From Octopus sinensis (lineage: Eukaryota): 64,000 nt of DNA. The position numbers and the translations under genes were made by a program. Shown piece by piece: positions 40,790 through 56,774 of the stretch; position 1 is the first letter of the stretch; every line of letters begins with the position of its first letter. The stretch covers positions 29,140,001 to 29,204,000 of the forward strand of contig NC_043008.1 of assembly GCF_006345805.1 (NCBI RefSeq), in the 5' to 3' direction. The notes beneath the pieces were generated by a model. That model was not told the DNA's origin, did not search any database, and was given only the letters and a program-made list of their open reading frames with translations.

Positions 40790-41215
40790 AAAGGATCCAA
40801 GAAGGTTGGGAGAAGGGGAGGGGAGAAAGCTACGGAATAGTAAGTCGCATAGGTCACGGGCGAATTTGAAGGAAGTAAGAGGTGGGTTGTGTGAAAGAAG
40901 GAGGGTGGTACGATCACATTCGATTCGACCTCGCAACACACATGCATAGGTATACATATATAATACAAATGACTAAGATTAACCATAACTACGGTTATTC
41001 TTGTTAAAGATGCACATGGCAGATAGCTTCGATAAGTGGAAATAAAAATAGCAAAACAACAAAAGTCAAAAGGTTGTACACATGGAATATATTTGGTTGA
41101 CGCTCAGAAAAAGATGGGGAAAAGGGTGGGGCTGACGATTCGAGCATGTCTCTTAATCAGAACCTGGAGAGAGGTAAGTTCCTGAGAGAAAGGAAAAAAA
41201 TGCCCAACGAAAGCA
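40790..41215 (-). mobile_element. Penelope-like fragment with degenerate hammerhead-bearing LTR-like segment
   Basis: NPPLTSFKFARDLCDLL resembles the segment preceding GIY-YIG in PLEs and is homologous to 44640-44750. The core CTGATTA-AGAG-ACATG-CTC-GAAT-CGTC lies at 41134-41160. Confidence 0.6.
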
Positions 41216-41224
41216 TTTGTGCGA

Positions 41225-41273
<49 letters not shown>

Positions 41274-42508
41274 TATATATATTATATATATATATATTAT
41301 ATATATATATATATGAGTGTGTTTGTATCTGTATTTGTGCGTGTGTGTGTGAATGTTAATATTGATGCGCAGTTCGATTATTTCTCCAACCTTTTAAGCT
41401 TTGTGAATTGAATCTTGTCTCTTACTTTCCTATCCAGTGGTGTTACAAGGGAACAAGACTATATATGAAGTGGAACTATTTTGTTAAATTCGAGCGAATC
41501 AACTTCCACTATACATAATAGCCATAAGTTATATTGGAAAATTAAAAACTGGTTGCCACATACTAAGAACTGCAGAGGATCATGTCGTATATAGAACGTT
41601 TCACCACCACACTTCAATGAGGAAAGAATGGAATAAACCACCCTCAGCAGAAATAGATCGACAGTACTCTCTTTAAAAACAGTTATTATGTAACAGAAAA
41701 CTGTAATTGTATTCTGTAGAGTACTCTAACGATTGAGGAACTAAGACCTGTGCAGAAAGTTTTGAGGTTGCTTGTATAATGATACTGAGGTTTAGTTGGA
41801 AATATCTTGATTGTAGACAGAAAATAATGAGACAGAGAGAAATTGATGGGGAGAGAAAGGGATTGAGGGAGGAGTGAGAGAGAGAGGGAGGAATCCATTG
41901 TAAGGGGATTCCTGATGGTTAGTATTTTGTGAGCGAGGAATAGAGCATAATATATAGTATGTGTATTTCTAGGAAGATAATACATATATGGTAAGCGAGT
42001 GGGGTAATGCATGTAGTAGTACATACTATTTCTGTTATTTATGTAGAACCACTATGGACTGTAAAATCTATGCTTCATACTTCCTATATGTTTGCAACGC
42101 ATTATCATCAGTTTATATCAAAATAGCAACATACTCTATCAATATTAGCGTAATTTATATTTGGGGTCAATCTAGCTTAATATTTATATCTGAAAAACAT
42201 CTATTCCTAGGTACAGATATCGATAGGAATACAAGCGGAAAGATATATCGATACAGAAAAGAGAGATAGATGAAAATAGATAATTGCTTGACCTTTTGTG
42301 ACCATAGTTTAGTTTTAATGGGTTATCAGCCTTATTTACTTCTTTCACAAACATTTATTCCCAAAGCTAAGACAACTGATGCAGTGTAGAAATAATAAAT
42401 TGCCCTGAACCTAACGTTAGTCTATTATTTGATCAAAACAATTTTGGTTACACACTTACACGCGCACACACTCATATGTATATACACTTACACACACACA
42501 CACTCACT

Positions 42509-42547
<39 letters not shown>

Positions 42548-42553
42548 GCATAT

Positions 42554-42595
<42 letters not shown>

Positions 42596-42631
42596 TTTAC
42601 TCATACATGTACATACGTATATAAAGATATG

Positions 42632-42672
<41 letters not shown>

Positions 42673-42770
42673 TATATATAATATATATATATAGATATAT
42701 GTGTGTGTGTGTGTGTGTGTATATGTAAACACACGCACATATACGCATATTTATATGTACATATACATAT

Positions 42771-42812
<42 letters not shown>

Positions 42813-42894
42813 TATATATATATACATACATATATATATTTATATACGTATAGGTGTATGAGTGTGTATATATTTTGTGTTCGCGCGCGCCGGC

Positions 42895-42928
<34 letters not shown>

Positions 42929-43969
42929 TCTTCAATGGAGCATGAATATCATCAACTTTCAAGTGTGTTCATTTAATTTATCAGTAAATTTAGGGCTGCT
43001 GTTCTACTCAACGTTTCTCTGATTGATAAAAACGCATCTTGCAAGATGATGCGAATGAAGTAAACAATGGTGATTTTCCTTGATGACTCAGATACTTTGT
43101 AATAGAGTATTAATGGAAACAACCGCTAAAGTATGACGCTGACATAATTTTTGGTGCAGAGCAATTAATGAAATTAAACAGGGATGAACATAAAGCCCAT
43201 ATCAGATTCGCTCGATCTTGCATTTACTTCAGTTGAACTCTTGAGATTATTCTTATACACAACTTTTAACCATTGTCTATCGCAATCTTGTATTCGAATT
43301 AACAATGCTGCATCACTTTTTTTCTAGAATTCTATTCAATCTCACTGACCTCAGATGTCATTTAAGTGTTATGCTATCACGAAAAGTCTTTTCATAATAG
43401 GGTAAATTTCTAAATCCCAAAATCATGGCTTTAGGATTTTAAATTCATGATGTTAGCAAGGTCTTCGAGAGAATAAAGCGATATGGGTTTGTTGATGAAT
43501 CTTTCCTTCATTAGGCTCCATGTATAACATGAATTTTAATAACATTTTCCTTATAAATAAAAGGCATGTTTTGATCATCAAAGCGCAATATTCATTAACT
43601 GACTAAGTTTCCCGCAACGAAACGCGTTCTGCCACATCATGTGAAAATTTACGTCACAAATAACATCAGAGAATATGAAACAGAGATATAACACATAAAT
43701 AGACATTCAAAGATCATTGTATTTTTCAAAAGAGTATATATATTCCTCTTTTCTTCAGCTTCTATGTCAAAAATAGATTGGATATGATTAGCAAAATATG
43801 ATCTTGAAACTTCGGAATTTGCGGCCTAAAGACATAAAAAATATTTTTTCTTCTACATTTGACCCATAGTAACCGAAATACTATTTCCCCCGTGGTTTTC
43901 GCATACGCAAAATTTTTTGAGGAACAATGAAACGCTTAAAAGATGAAGCAAAACAAAACAAAGCAATAT

Positions 43970-44000
<31 letters not shown>

Positions 44001-44248
44001 GTAAATAATTAGGTGCCGGGTCAATAATTTATGAGTCGGGTCGCTTCAGAATACTTCAAATGCATTGGATTGGACGGTGCGTAGAGTATTTAGGCGAATA
44101 TAAACTACAGGTAGAAAATTATTTCTACTAATTGGACGTTGACACCTATTTTAAGAAATCCCCTATAACTCCTAAGAAAATATAATTCGATTACCTGAAT
44201 GGGAGTGAGACGATCACCGGTAATTTTTCTCTGTAAGCTATACACACT

Positions 44249-44362
<114 letters not shown>

Positions 44363-44416
44363 CATATACATATATACATATGTATATATACATACATACA
44401 TACATACATACATACA

Positions 44417-44450
<34 letters not shown>

Positions 44451-44619
44451 CGTATGTATGCATGTATGTATCAGAATCAACGGAATGACGCAGGGGCCGA
44501 GAATTTCGTGCGTTGGTCCGTATAAGTGACAATGAACGAAACTCTCTGCTTTTCGGTCACTGCTGTTTCTACTGCATATTAATAAAACTATATATACTCA
44601 TGCTTTGTGTTCTGTTTTA

Positions 44620-45300
44620 CATCACACATGGGCCTTCTATCGTCTTCAATGTGGTCGTACCGCCCTCCCTCTTTTACTCAACCCACCTCTTACTTCCTCC
44701 AAATGCTCCCGTGACCTATGCGACTTACATTTCCGTAGGTTTTCTCTCCTTCCTTTCTCCTACCCTTCTTGTGTCCTTTCTTTGCTCCAGGCACCATTAT
44801 CACTGTTGTCCGTTCATTACCAATACGACCTCCCTTATTATTCATTTTTCATCTTTTAGTTTGAATTACATTTTACATTCACAACACATAGGTAACCAAG
44901 GTTTTCGACCACACATCCGTCCACCACTAAATCTTACTAATGACACTTACCTGTTCGCTTGACTACTTCACACGCACATCCTGCACATAAACAGAAACAC
45001 GCGAACAGAAACACACAAACACACCGGCCATTTTACCCTCTTCTACCCCCAATGACTGCTCGCTCCATGTAACGATACGTGTGCTTTTCTCGAATAATAC
45101 TTTCCCTTCTCTCTAGATAGTTTTTTCCCCCTTTCTTCTTTCTGGCGACGAGCAATACTCGATACGCCCACCCACCCCGTTTGTTCCACCTTAAAACTTT
45201 TCTTAGCGTCAGTGTAATACATTCAACGTGTATGTCCCTTCGATTTTTTGTTAGTTTTGTTTTTTGTTAGATTTCTTGTTTACTTTTCTAATTTTTGATT
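44620..45300 (+). mobile_element. Penelope-like fragment followed by LTR-like segment
   Basis: NPPLTSSKCSRDLCDL..SFLCSRHHYHCCPFITNT; degenerate hammerhead-like core at 45142-45166. Confidence 0.6.
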
Positions 45301-45569
45301 TGCCTACACACCGATCTCCATTTTCTCTATCGTTATAATTACTGCAAATGTACACTACAAATAATGTTCCCATCCAGAGAAGCAAATCTGGAATTTGCTA
45401 TCGGGGGAAATTTCAGCGTGAGTGTCAACTTCTACTAGTCACAGCCGTTAAATACCAATCGTTGCTGTTAGCCGTAATCTGGAACTTAACGGAGCTACCA
45501 CGGATAATATCCATCCAAGCTCATATATATATGCATAGGTATGTATGTGTGTGTTGGTAGATAGACAAA

Positions 45570-45600
45570 CAGATAGATAGATAGATAGATAGATAGATAG

Positions 45601-45632
<32 letters not shown>

Positions 45633-45641
45633 CAGATAGAC

Positions 45642-45713
<72 letters not shown>

Positions 45714-45757
45714 GGATGGATGGATGGATGGATGGATGGATGGATGGATGGATGGAT
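45570..45757. repeat. (GATA)n(GATG)n microsatellite
   Basis: Direct inspection. Confidence 0.97.
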
Positions 45758-46244
45758 AATTCTTTTTTAGTTTTATTTTTAATAGGCAGAAACTTAAAAG
45801 AAACTCTAGAGCTTAGATTTTTTCGCGCATATCACGCTTGTGAATCTGACAAGTTAGTCAGAGACTCCTGAAGTTAACGTCAAGCCTTTCATGTTTTTAA
45901 TTTTTATACATATAGAATTTACTTATGTATTTCAATAGCCATTCATATTATCTACACTTCACTAGGACTCCATAAAACTGAAGTACTAATTTGCTAAAAG
46001 TAATTACTACAAAGCAATACTGAGAAATTTGTTTTCATTGCTGTGAAATTTTATTCTCAATTCTTAAAATCCAACTACAATTTTGGGCGTGCGATGACTT
46101 TATTGATTCGGTTGCTATCACTCACTTTTACTCCTCAATTTTCTCCCTCTCGGGCGTCGTTTTATAATTGAATGGCGAAATACATTAAGCCCACGCCATT
46201 TGCTCCACATATAATGATGTATGCATGTATGTATCTATGTAGTC

Positions 46245-47030
<786 letters not shown>

Positions 47031-47393
47031 AAGAATATACTCACCGATTCCAGAATTTCCTATACTGAACGTTCAGTTTCAGCTATAACCTTAGCCTTTT
47101 CAACAGAGTATCTGATAGTATATCAAACCCAAACTGTTATATTTGTTCTACTTTGCTATATAATTTCGTCCGTATTGGCTCACTTTCATTCTTCATGTAG
47201 TCATTCTTTGCCGCGCAGAATTGGCCTTTAGTAAAGAAACAGAATTTCTGTTCGAATCATTTGAGTGGTAATAAGTATTTTCTATACCAAGATTCTCTGG
47301 ATTTCATCTGCTATACATATGTGTGTGTGTGTGTGTGAGCGTATGTATGTATGTATGTATGTATGTATGTATGTATGTATGTATGTATGTATG

Positions 47394-47465
<72 letters not shown>

Positions 47466-48001
47466 CGCCCTTGCATTTGAAAACTAGGGAAATATTTTTA
47501 AAAAACATTTTCTTTCATTTTTCCACAATTTAATTCTTTGTCATGCTTTGCCCTAAGTTGAAAATGTCGCAAAGACTGAAATCGGTAATAAAATTTTCTT
47601 CATGATAAAGTTAGTTTAGCATTTTCTACCTTGTCTTAATTTCTTTATACATATCATCTCATGTGTTCGTTTTCAACCTTCTACACACACACACACATAT
47701 ATACTAAGTACACATGTATATTATTATGTATGTGTATATATGTATATATGTATGCATGCATACACACACACACACATCTATATATATATGCTTATATTTA
47801 CACTAATACATGGAATCTCACATTTATGTAACCGTTTATATGATTCTACCTAGTAAATGAAGACATACGGTTTTAAAATGTACTATCAGAATGATTGAAA
47901 CTAAACACAAGGGAACATAGACGGAAGAGTGCACAAGCACATAGCAATGAACATATGTTGTCTCTATCTCGGTCATTCTGTTGCTAATACCATCTCTAAA
48001 T

Positions 48002-48215
48002 AAGACGGCGGATTAGGCAGAATTGTCACCTTAACGTGTAAAAGGGTCAGCGGCATTTCCTTCGTCTTTATATTCTGTGCTGAAATTTCGCCGAGGTCGA
48101 CTTTGCCTCTCATTCTTTCGGGGTTGGTAAAATAAGTACCAGTTCAGCACTGGGATCGAAGTAATCGAATCAGTTCCCTCCCTGAACTTGCTGATCTTGA
48201 TCAAAAATTCGAAAG
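48002..48215 (+). mobile_element. SINE family B
   Basis: GCCGAGGTCGACTTTGCC..AAATAAGTACCAGT..CACTGGG. Confidence 0.8.
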
Positions 48216-48544
48216 TCAGTAGTATTGATTTGAAATCAATATTAACCTTAATTGTTACCTTTGACTTATTATCGCACTACGCAGCTATGGATATTTAGAA
48301 ACCACAACAGTCATCACTGTAACACATGTAGACCCAGATGCACTTGACAGAAGATTTCTTAGGGCTAAATGATAAGGAAATTTTTAAATTCCCTCGGATA
48401 GAATATTTACATCTTTTAGTAATATTTTCATGTAAATGTAAAGAGCGGCATTCCGCACGACCGTTCTGCCACATTATTATCGCATGAAACACGATACGCT
48501 CTTCTAATAATTAAAATGATACATTGATACTTGTACCCGTAGGT

Positions 48545-49214
48545 CAGTGGCGGCTCGTAGATAAAACTAAGGTGGGGGTGCTACTTCAGAAAATGTTTAG
48601 CCGTTGTTTTATTAATGTGTAAAAGGAAACAAAGATATAGAAAGAAAATTTATACATTGTCGTTTTAGCTATTGCCGGGTAGTTTGTTTAATTTTTTCAC
48701 TCAACTAGGCCGAGAATTCCCCCTTCTTTTTTAAAAATCTCCTCTAAATCACAAATTAGTGGGGGCGGAATGTGCCCTATCTTTCAAATCCTAGCAGCAA
48801 CACTGAAACTGGAAGCAGGATTCATAATCTAATTCTACACTTTAACATATTCAAAAATATAAACACGTTTTTATGTACAACACACGCGGAGTCAGAAAGA
48901 AAGACAACCTTTCAGGGGAACACTAGAATCTACAACGTCGTTCACGCAGTGCTCTCTCTCCCTAGTGTAAAGCTTCCTATCTCGAACATGCGAGCATGCG
49001 TACAACAGCCAAACACCGCGTCGCTGAAACTGTGAAGTGCACAGCTCTATACAAGGGATTTTGTATCTTTTTTTTATAAACTACGGGATGGCTACTGACA
49101 TTAAGATTAAGGATTATATAATATACCAGTATAAAGAAAGAATAAAGAGGCAAAGTATCGAGTAGAAATAGGTAGTGCTGCAATTCCGCATTGCCTATAC
49201 AGGGGCTGCCACTG
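48545..49214. mobile_element. Possible non-autonomous hAT-type element
   Basis: Short TIR CAGTGGCGGC / GCTGCCACTG; the 8-bp flanks CCGTAGGT and CCCTATAT match at only 5 of 8 positions. Confidence 0.4.
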
Positions 49215-50286
49215 CCCTATATATACTCTCGTTCATTTAAAAAGTTGTTTTTTTTAATCATTTGTCTTCTCTTTCCGGGCCCGCATATAGATAAACAACA
49301 GCAACTATACGTCATTTTTGATGTCACTCTACTTCAGTCACATCAAAAGTGATGAACACATCGACGCCTATGTGTACAGACTACGCTGTTACTTCGGGTC
49401 TCCTTAGTTATAATCGGAGGGATGAGTAGTCAGTAAGATGGCATTGATTTAACGATAGTACTACGACAAACTGTCACAGCTAATTTCCAACACATTCCAG
49501 TGTCTGTCAAATAAACACTTGTCATTGTGAATTCATACACTATATAACCACTTGACTTTCTTCTTCCCTCATTTATTCTATCGCGTACATTTTAACATGT
49601 GGGTGTAATACACACACAGATACACACACACGCAAACACACACACAGACCAATTTATTGCAATTCATTTTCCCTATTTACTTTCATTTTCCTTTGTAGTT
49701 CTATGTATCAAGTGTGTGCGTGATTGTCTCTCTCTTTAAGCATTTGTGTGTAGAGATGTGTGTATCTGTATGAAACTGTGTGATCATTGCGTGTGTGGGA
49801 AAGGATAGGTTGTATGTATAAGAAGCAGTTTGTCAATACCTCAGCTAATCATGTACACACATCTGCCAGAGAATTCTTCTGGTCTAACAAGATAGTAGGT
49901 AACCTTCTTCTTTGTCCTTGTTTTTGTCTCTCTTCCTCGCTCTCTCTATCCCTTATCACCACACCCACGCAGTCATACACGCTCACACGCTACACACTTA
50001 ACTTTCTTTTTCTATATGTACCGTTTCTTTTCCTATTATACTTCATCTGTTTTATCTTTCTGTCCACTTAAGACAGGCGATAATTACTGCAACGCACACA
50101 CAGAGACACAAGCACACGAACTTCTCCCACCCACTTTATGCCGTTGCCAAACTATCTCCTTCTGTTTGAAAATATGCGTACATACGTAGTTATTCATAGA
50201 TGTTTATTAATGTGTATGTGAGTGTACATACATATATGCATTAAAATCTCTCTCCTCTCTCTCCTCTCTCTCTCTCTCTCTATCTC

Positions 50287-50323
<37 letters not shown>

Positions 50324-50676
50324 AGAATGATGTTTTTATATATAATGAACGTGAAATACAGGAAGGGACGAACACGGAACACAGACAAATCATTCGAAGC
50401 CTTCAATCTTCAGTCAGACACCGAATCATCATAGCAAATTTCGGCTGTTCAATTCTGATATTTGCTCCAACTCGGCCAGCCCCAAGAAAAAAAAAAAAAA
50501 AAACTAAGCTGTAAGCATTAGATTTCTTGGTAGAAGACAGGAATGTGAACGCACAAGACGGATGTGAATACAAGAGACGAAAACGAAATTGAAAACAGTA
50601 ATGAATAAACAAAATATATTGTATGTATGTATATACATGCATATGCATGTATGTCTATATATAGTGTATATATATA

Positions 50677-50720
<44 letters not shown>

Positions 50721-50735
50721 ATATATATATATGCC

Positions 50736-51128
50736 CTTTTAATCTTTTACACGATTCAGTCATTTGACTGCGGACATGCTGGAGCAACGCTTTTAGTCGA
50801 AAGATTCGACTCCTGGATTTATTCTTTCTGAGCCTAGTACTTACTCTATCGAATTTTTTTGACAAACCGCTAAATTTCAGGGAAGTAAACACACCGACAT
50901 CGGTTGTCAAGTGATGGTGAGGTGGGGACAAACACAGACACAAGGGCACAAACATACACATGAATATGTATACATATATACACGACGGACTTCTTTCAGT
51001 TTCACAATGCTTTGCTCGGCCTGACGCTATAGTAGAAGACACTTGCCTAAGGTGTCACGGTGTGGGACTGAACCCCGAAACCAAGTGGTAGGGAAAAATA
51101 ATTCTTCCCACACAGTCACACCTGCGAT
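50736..51128 (-). mobile_element. SINE family A, near full length
   Basis: Reverse complement of 55393-55766. Confidence 0.85.
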
Positions 51129-51330
51129 TATGCATATATATATATATTCGTATAGATATAGATAAATCACATATATGAGTGTGTATGTATGTTCGAGAAT
51201 GTCTGTCTGTCTGTCTGTATATATATATATATATATATATACAGACAGACAGACATACTCGAACATATATATATATATATATATATATTATAGATATTAA
51301 TATATATATATACATATATAATATATATAC

Positions 51331-51411
<81 letters not shown>

Positions 51412-51919
51412 GATAGATAGATAAATAGTGAGAGAGAGACAGATGAAGTTATACATATCTATGCATACATAAACATACCTATCTGCATGGACACACACAT
51501 GCACGCATACACATAAACCCACCCATGTACGCACATCCACGTGGGCACTCGTATACACTTATATGGAACCAAGTGGTTGGGAAGCAATATTCTCACCACA
51601 CAGATACCTCTGAAAAACTTAAATACTTTGTGTATTATAGAAGTATAACCGATTTATTGCTGTTAAACTGAATCAACAAAATTTTATATGGGCCCCCCAA
51701 GTGAATGCCTTGGTTGAAAATCACTAGTATATTTATACAATGAATTAGTAAGCTTGTACTTATAGCGCATTTGTTTTCTGTTTTGCTTGGTTTGTTTCAC
51801 TTAAAAACTTATTTTGAAGTGTCTCATGCATTAATTGGTAGAATACTCAAAGGCTTACTATGAGTATGATATACTGAGACCCTCTGGTGTTTTCCTAGAC
51901 TGCTAGTCAATTATTTTTA

Positions 51920-52140
51920 CCATGGCGCAACTACTTAACGCGTCGGGCAAAATAATGTCATTTCAACCACGTCTTTTCTTCCGCGTCTTTACGTTCTGTG
52001 TTCAAATCTCGCCGAGATCTACATCCCCTTTCATCCTTTCGGGTTCGAAGAAATAAAGAACCACACATGCACTGGGATTCATGTTATTAACTTGTTAGAA
52101 ACCCGTCAAAGCTTCTGTCCTTAAGTTAAAATTTGAGCAA
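51920..52140 (+). mobile_element. SINE family B, degenerate
   Basis: GTCTTTACGTTCTGTGTTCAAAT..TTTCATCCTTTCGGG. Confidence 0.7.
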
Positions 52141-53849
52141 TTAACTTTTCACCCTTATGTCTGACCCGATCAAAGACATAACAAATGTCATTGCCCAACC
52201 TCATTAATTAATATTTAAAATTGTACCATTGAGTAAGGTCCAGTGAGATTTGAGGGGCGTATTTTTGCTATTTCTGTCAGGTCGCGTGTCGTTCTTAGTC
52301 TGTATAAGTTCTATTCCTCTAACAGATATTAAGATACAGCGTTGTATAAATAATTAATATAACAAAAATGTGCAAATACGAAAATACATAAACAATTTTA
52401 ATACACGCAGAGTTATAGAGATGTATACATGCAAAATGCAGTATATTCAGATATGCACCCATATACATACTTGCAGTTATAAATCCACATATACATGTAC
52501 ACACAAGCCAAAGCCTGCACACTAGTACCAAGCACACACGCACGCACACACGCACACACACCCACACACCCACGCACAGATATGCATATATAATTTTGGG
52601 AGTTTGATCTCGAAGTACATATAAAACTGTAGCAATAACATGTAGGTATTGGGTTGAAAAAAGAAGTTTCTTTCCGATAGAAATACTTAAAGGGTGCACG
52701 TGGAACACGATTCCATATCTCTTGTAGACATCAGGTCAACAATTTGTGTGCGTGTGTGTTCATGTGTGTGTATGTGTATGTGTGTCTGAGTATGTGAGTG
52801 TGTATGCGCGCGTGTGTGTATATATATATATATGCATGTGTGCATCTAATTATGTATATATATATATATATATTTGTATGTATATATATATATATATATA
52901 TTTAGATAGATAGATATATAGATATAGATAGATAGATAGGTAGGTAGATAGATAGATAGATAGATAGAATGACATATATACATACTCCACATGCATACAT
53001 ACGTACATACATACATAAATGTATGCATGTAGTGCAGTAGTTATTCGCTATACACTCTTTACATACAAGGTTGTATCTTTTGCACACACATACAAACAAC
53101 CACACACACGTATGTATGTGTGTCTGTATGTGTGTTTGTATTTATACTTATTCATATGTGTGTGTACGTGTGTGCGCGTGCGTGTGCGTATGCGTATGTG
53201 TGTGGGTATGTATATATACATTCCACTTTGTTCACTATATGAAATGTTAAATCCGCGAATGCGAATAATAATAATAATAATAATAAAATGTCCAAAAATG
53301 CTTTTGTCATAAGTTGTTCACTGCTGAAGGCATTTTCGTCAAGCATCTACTCTGGGCCGTACATTTTTGCATTATTTTACATCCGTAAGATATAGCAAGT
53401 AGCGCAGATACTTGGCAACACATGCTAGCATGTCATATTCACAATTTGAAATGCATACACGCTAACACTCGCACATTCACATAAACAGGCACATATGCAT
53501 ACACAGAGATACGTATATACATGCATGCATACATACATACACATAGATACACACACACACACACTGAAACAAACACGATCAGATGTAGATAGGCAGCCAC
53601 AGAAATAATCACTTATTTCTGCATCTATGCATCTGTTCAACAGTACCATTACTACTATACTCAGAGAGACACTGTCTTGCGGAGGATAGACAAACGCAGC
53701 AGTATTAATGGGAAATTTAAACATAACATGCTAAAATATTCAATAAATTTTTCTATTAAAAAAACCCATCTGAATTAAAATGAAATATTTAAATACTACA
53801 TACATACATACATACATACATACATACATACATACATACATACATACAT

Positions 53850-53908
<59 letters not shown>

Positions 53909-54284
53909 ACTTTGTATATTTGTTGTGCATACGCTTATGCGTAAATACCAATACATAATATGAACATATGAAACAAAGGAAAACAATAATTATGTAGTAT
54001 AATTTGAACAGAAATAGGACACAGAGTTGCAGTACTTGTTGTTTAAACGTTGGCCAGCTCTACTCGAGCAGACGTGTAATCATAGACCGTAGGTAACGAG
54101 CAAAAAGTTTAATTCCACATTGTATATCACAACTAGAACGTACGTCCTTCCTTTTCTTAAAATGAGTTGTAATTGTGTAGCTATGAGTGTAACGTTTTCA
54201 AACATTGGATATATAAATATATGTATATAGGTGTACGTATGCATGTACGCACCTATTCATGAATGTACGAAGGTACGTAAGTGT

Positions 54285-54755
<471 letters not shown>

Positions 54756-55392
54756 AAGCTGCTACTTCCAACGAGTCTTTTCGCCTTTGCACCCGCAAGC
54801 ATTGATATGAGGGTTTCTCCCAGATTATATTCAAAAGTATAATTTCTTTAAGCGTACATATGAACTTATATCCTAGAGCAAAAATTACATATGCACATAT
54901 TAACGTAAATACAAACTAAGTTGGTATACTCTTTCACACATGCTCAGCTGGTGTGCAACACCCACGCATTCATATGTCACAAAAACCATCAAGCACACAG
55001 ACACAGAAGAAAAGTGAGATTACCAACATTGTGGATTTATTCATATATAACATTATATCAATATATAAAAATGGGCATGCTAAACATGTGCATATACTAC
55101 ACGCGCTTATAGACAATATATGCATTAATGTAACACACGCACACACACTTTCCGATACGTGCATGCAACACAGATTTAGTATATGCTAATATACTAATAC
55201 AAGTCATTACTCGTCTTAATATAAATAGTATATTACTACAGTGGTGCATGAATCGTTACGTCGTGAAGCTCGTTTAGCAAACACGTGTTTTTGAGTTCAG
55301 CCTCTTTGTGAGGCAGCGTGGACAAACAACTTTGGCCTCGGGTACGAATAACAGCAATGGTTAATCTCGGAGCACTTAATTCCAATATGTTT

Positions 55393-55766
55393 TGTGTGGT
55401 AAGAAGCTTGCTAACCAGCCACATGGTTCCGGTTTCAGTCCCACTGCGTGGCATCTTGGGCAAGTGTCTTCTGCTATAGCCCCGGGCCGTCCAATGCCTT
55501 GTGAGTGGATTTGGTAGACGGAACCTAAAAGAAGCCTGTCGTAATATATATATATATGTGTGTGTATGTCCGTGTTTGTCCCCCTAGCATTGCTTGACAA
55601 CCGATGCTGATGTGTTTACGTCCCCGTCACTTAGCGGTTCGGCAAAATGACCGATAGAATAAGTATTGGGCTTATAACGAAGTCCCGGTGTCGATTTGCT
55701 CGACTAAAGGCGGTGCTCCAGCATGGCCGCAGTCAAATGACTGAAACAAGTAAAAGAGTAACAGAG
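55393..55766 (+). mobile_element. tRNA-derived SINE family A, near full length
   Basis: TGTGTGGTAAGAAGCTTGCT..GGTTCCGGTTTCAGTCCCA head, internal (TA)(TG) tract and GTAAAAGAG tail. Confidence 0.9.
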
Positions 55767-55772
55767 AATACA

Positions 55773-55918
55773 TACGACGGATTTCCTTCAGTTTGCGTCT
55801 ACAAAATCCACTCGTCGGACCGAGGTTATAGAAGAAGACACTTGCCCAAAGTGCCATGCAGTGGGACTGAACCCGGAACCATGTGGTTGTAACAAGCTAA
55901 TCACCACAAAGCCACTCG
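55773..55918 (-). mobile_element. SINE family A, 5' half, inverted relative to the preceding copy
   Basis: GTGGGACTGAACCCGGAACCATGTGGT. Confidence 0.85.
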
Positions 55919-55936
55919 TGTATATATAAATATATA

Positions 55937-55992
<56 letters not shown>

Positions 55993-56283
55993 GTGTAATA
56001 AATAAAATATATGCATACATACAAACATATATGTACGTACCTACATCTACATGTATATATACATGCATATATAAATATATATACGTGAGTACAGGACACC
56101 CACACTATATTTTAAAATTATTTTATTTAACAGTTTGAAACTTCGAATACTGGTAAAATTTCTCACGTAGAACACGGTTTACTCTGAACGTTTTTAACAA
56201 AATTTCGTATTTCAAATGTTGAATTCTTGTTCACTGACACATACACATATAAACATTCCACACCACACAAACACCACACAACA

Positions 56284-56353
<70 letters not shown>

Positions 56354-56543
56354 GCTTGCGTGCACGCACATAACCACACATGCACACAGATAAGTCCTTC
56401 TTTTACACTCTTCGTTCTTAGAAAGAACTCTTTCTTCACCCATTCCCTTCCGGCCCTTTGAAAATGTAACCATATGTGGATCGTTGGAGTTTTTGTTTTT
56501 TTCTCCTTCTTCCTATTCTCTTGAACGTTTTCTCTGGCTCCTA

Positions 56544-56578
56544 TTTCTGACGAAGAGCTTTGCTCGAAACGTAAAACC
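56544..56578 (+). ncRNA. Putative minimal type I hammerhead ribozyme
   Basis: CTGACGA (56547-53), A, stem II GAGC-TTT-GCTC, GAAA (56566-69), CG-TA, and a short stem I TTT/AAA. Confidence 0.6.
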
Positions 56579-56690
56579 ACCTTTCTTTCCTTCCCTGAGC
56601 GTTTGCTAATACTTTGCACGTACCACGTCCTCGAGTTGTTTCTTTTCTTGTTCTTTGTTCCTCGTTTTGGGATTTTACTACACACACACA

Positions 56691-56774
<84 letters not shown>

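Noticed and set aside
45370-45425. Candidate exon ending at C|GTGAGT
   Set aside because: Weak acceptor and no recognisable peptide.
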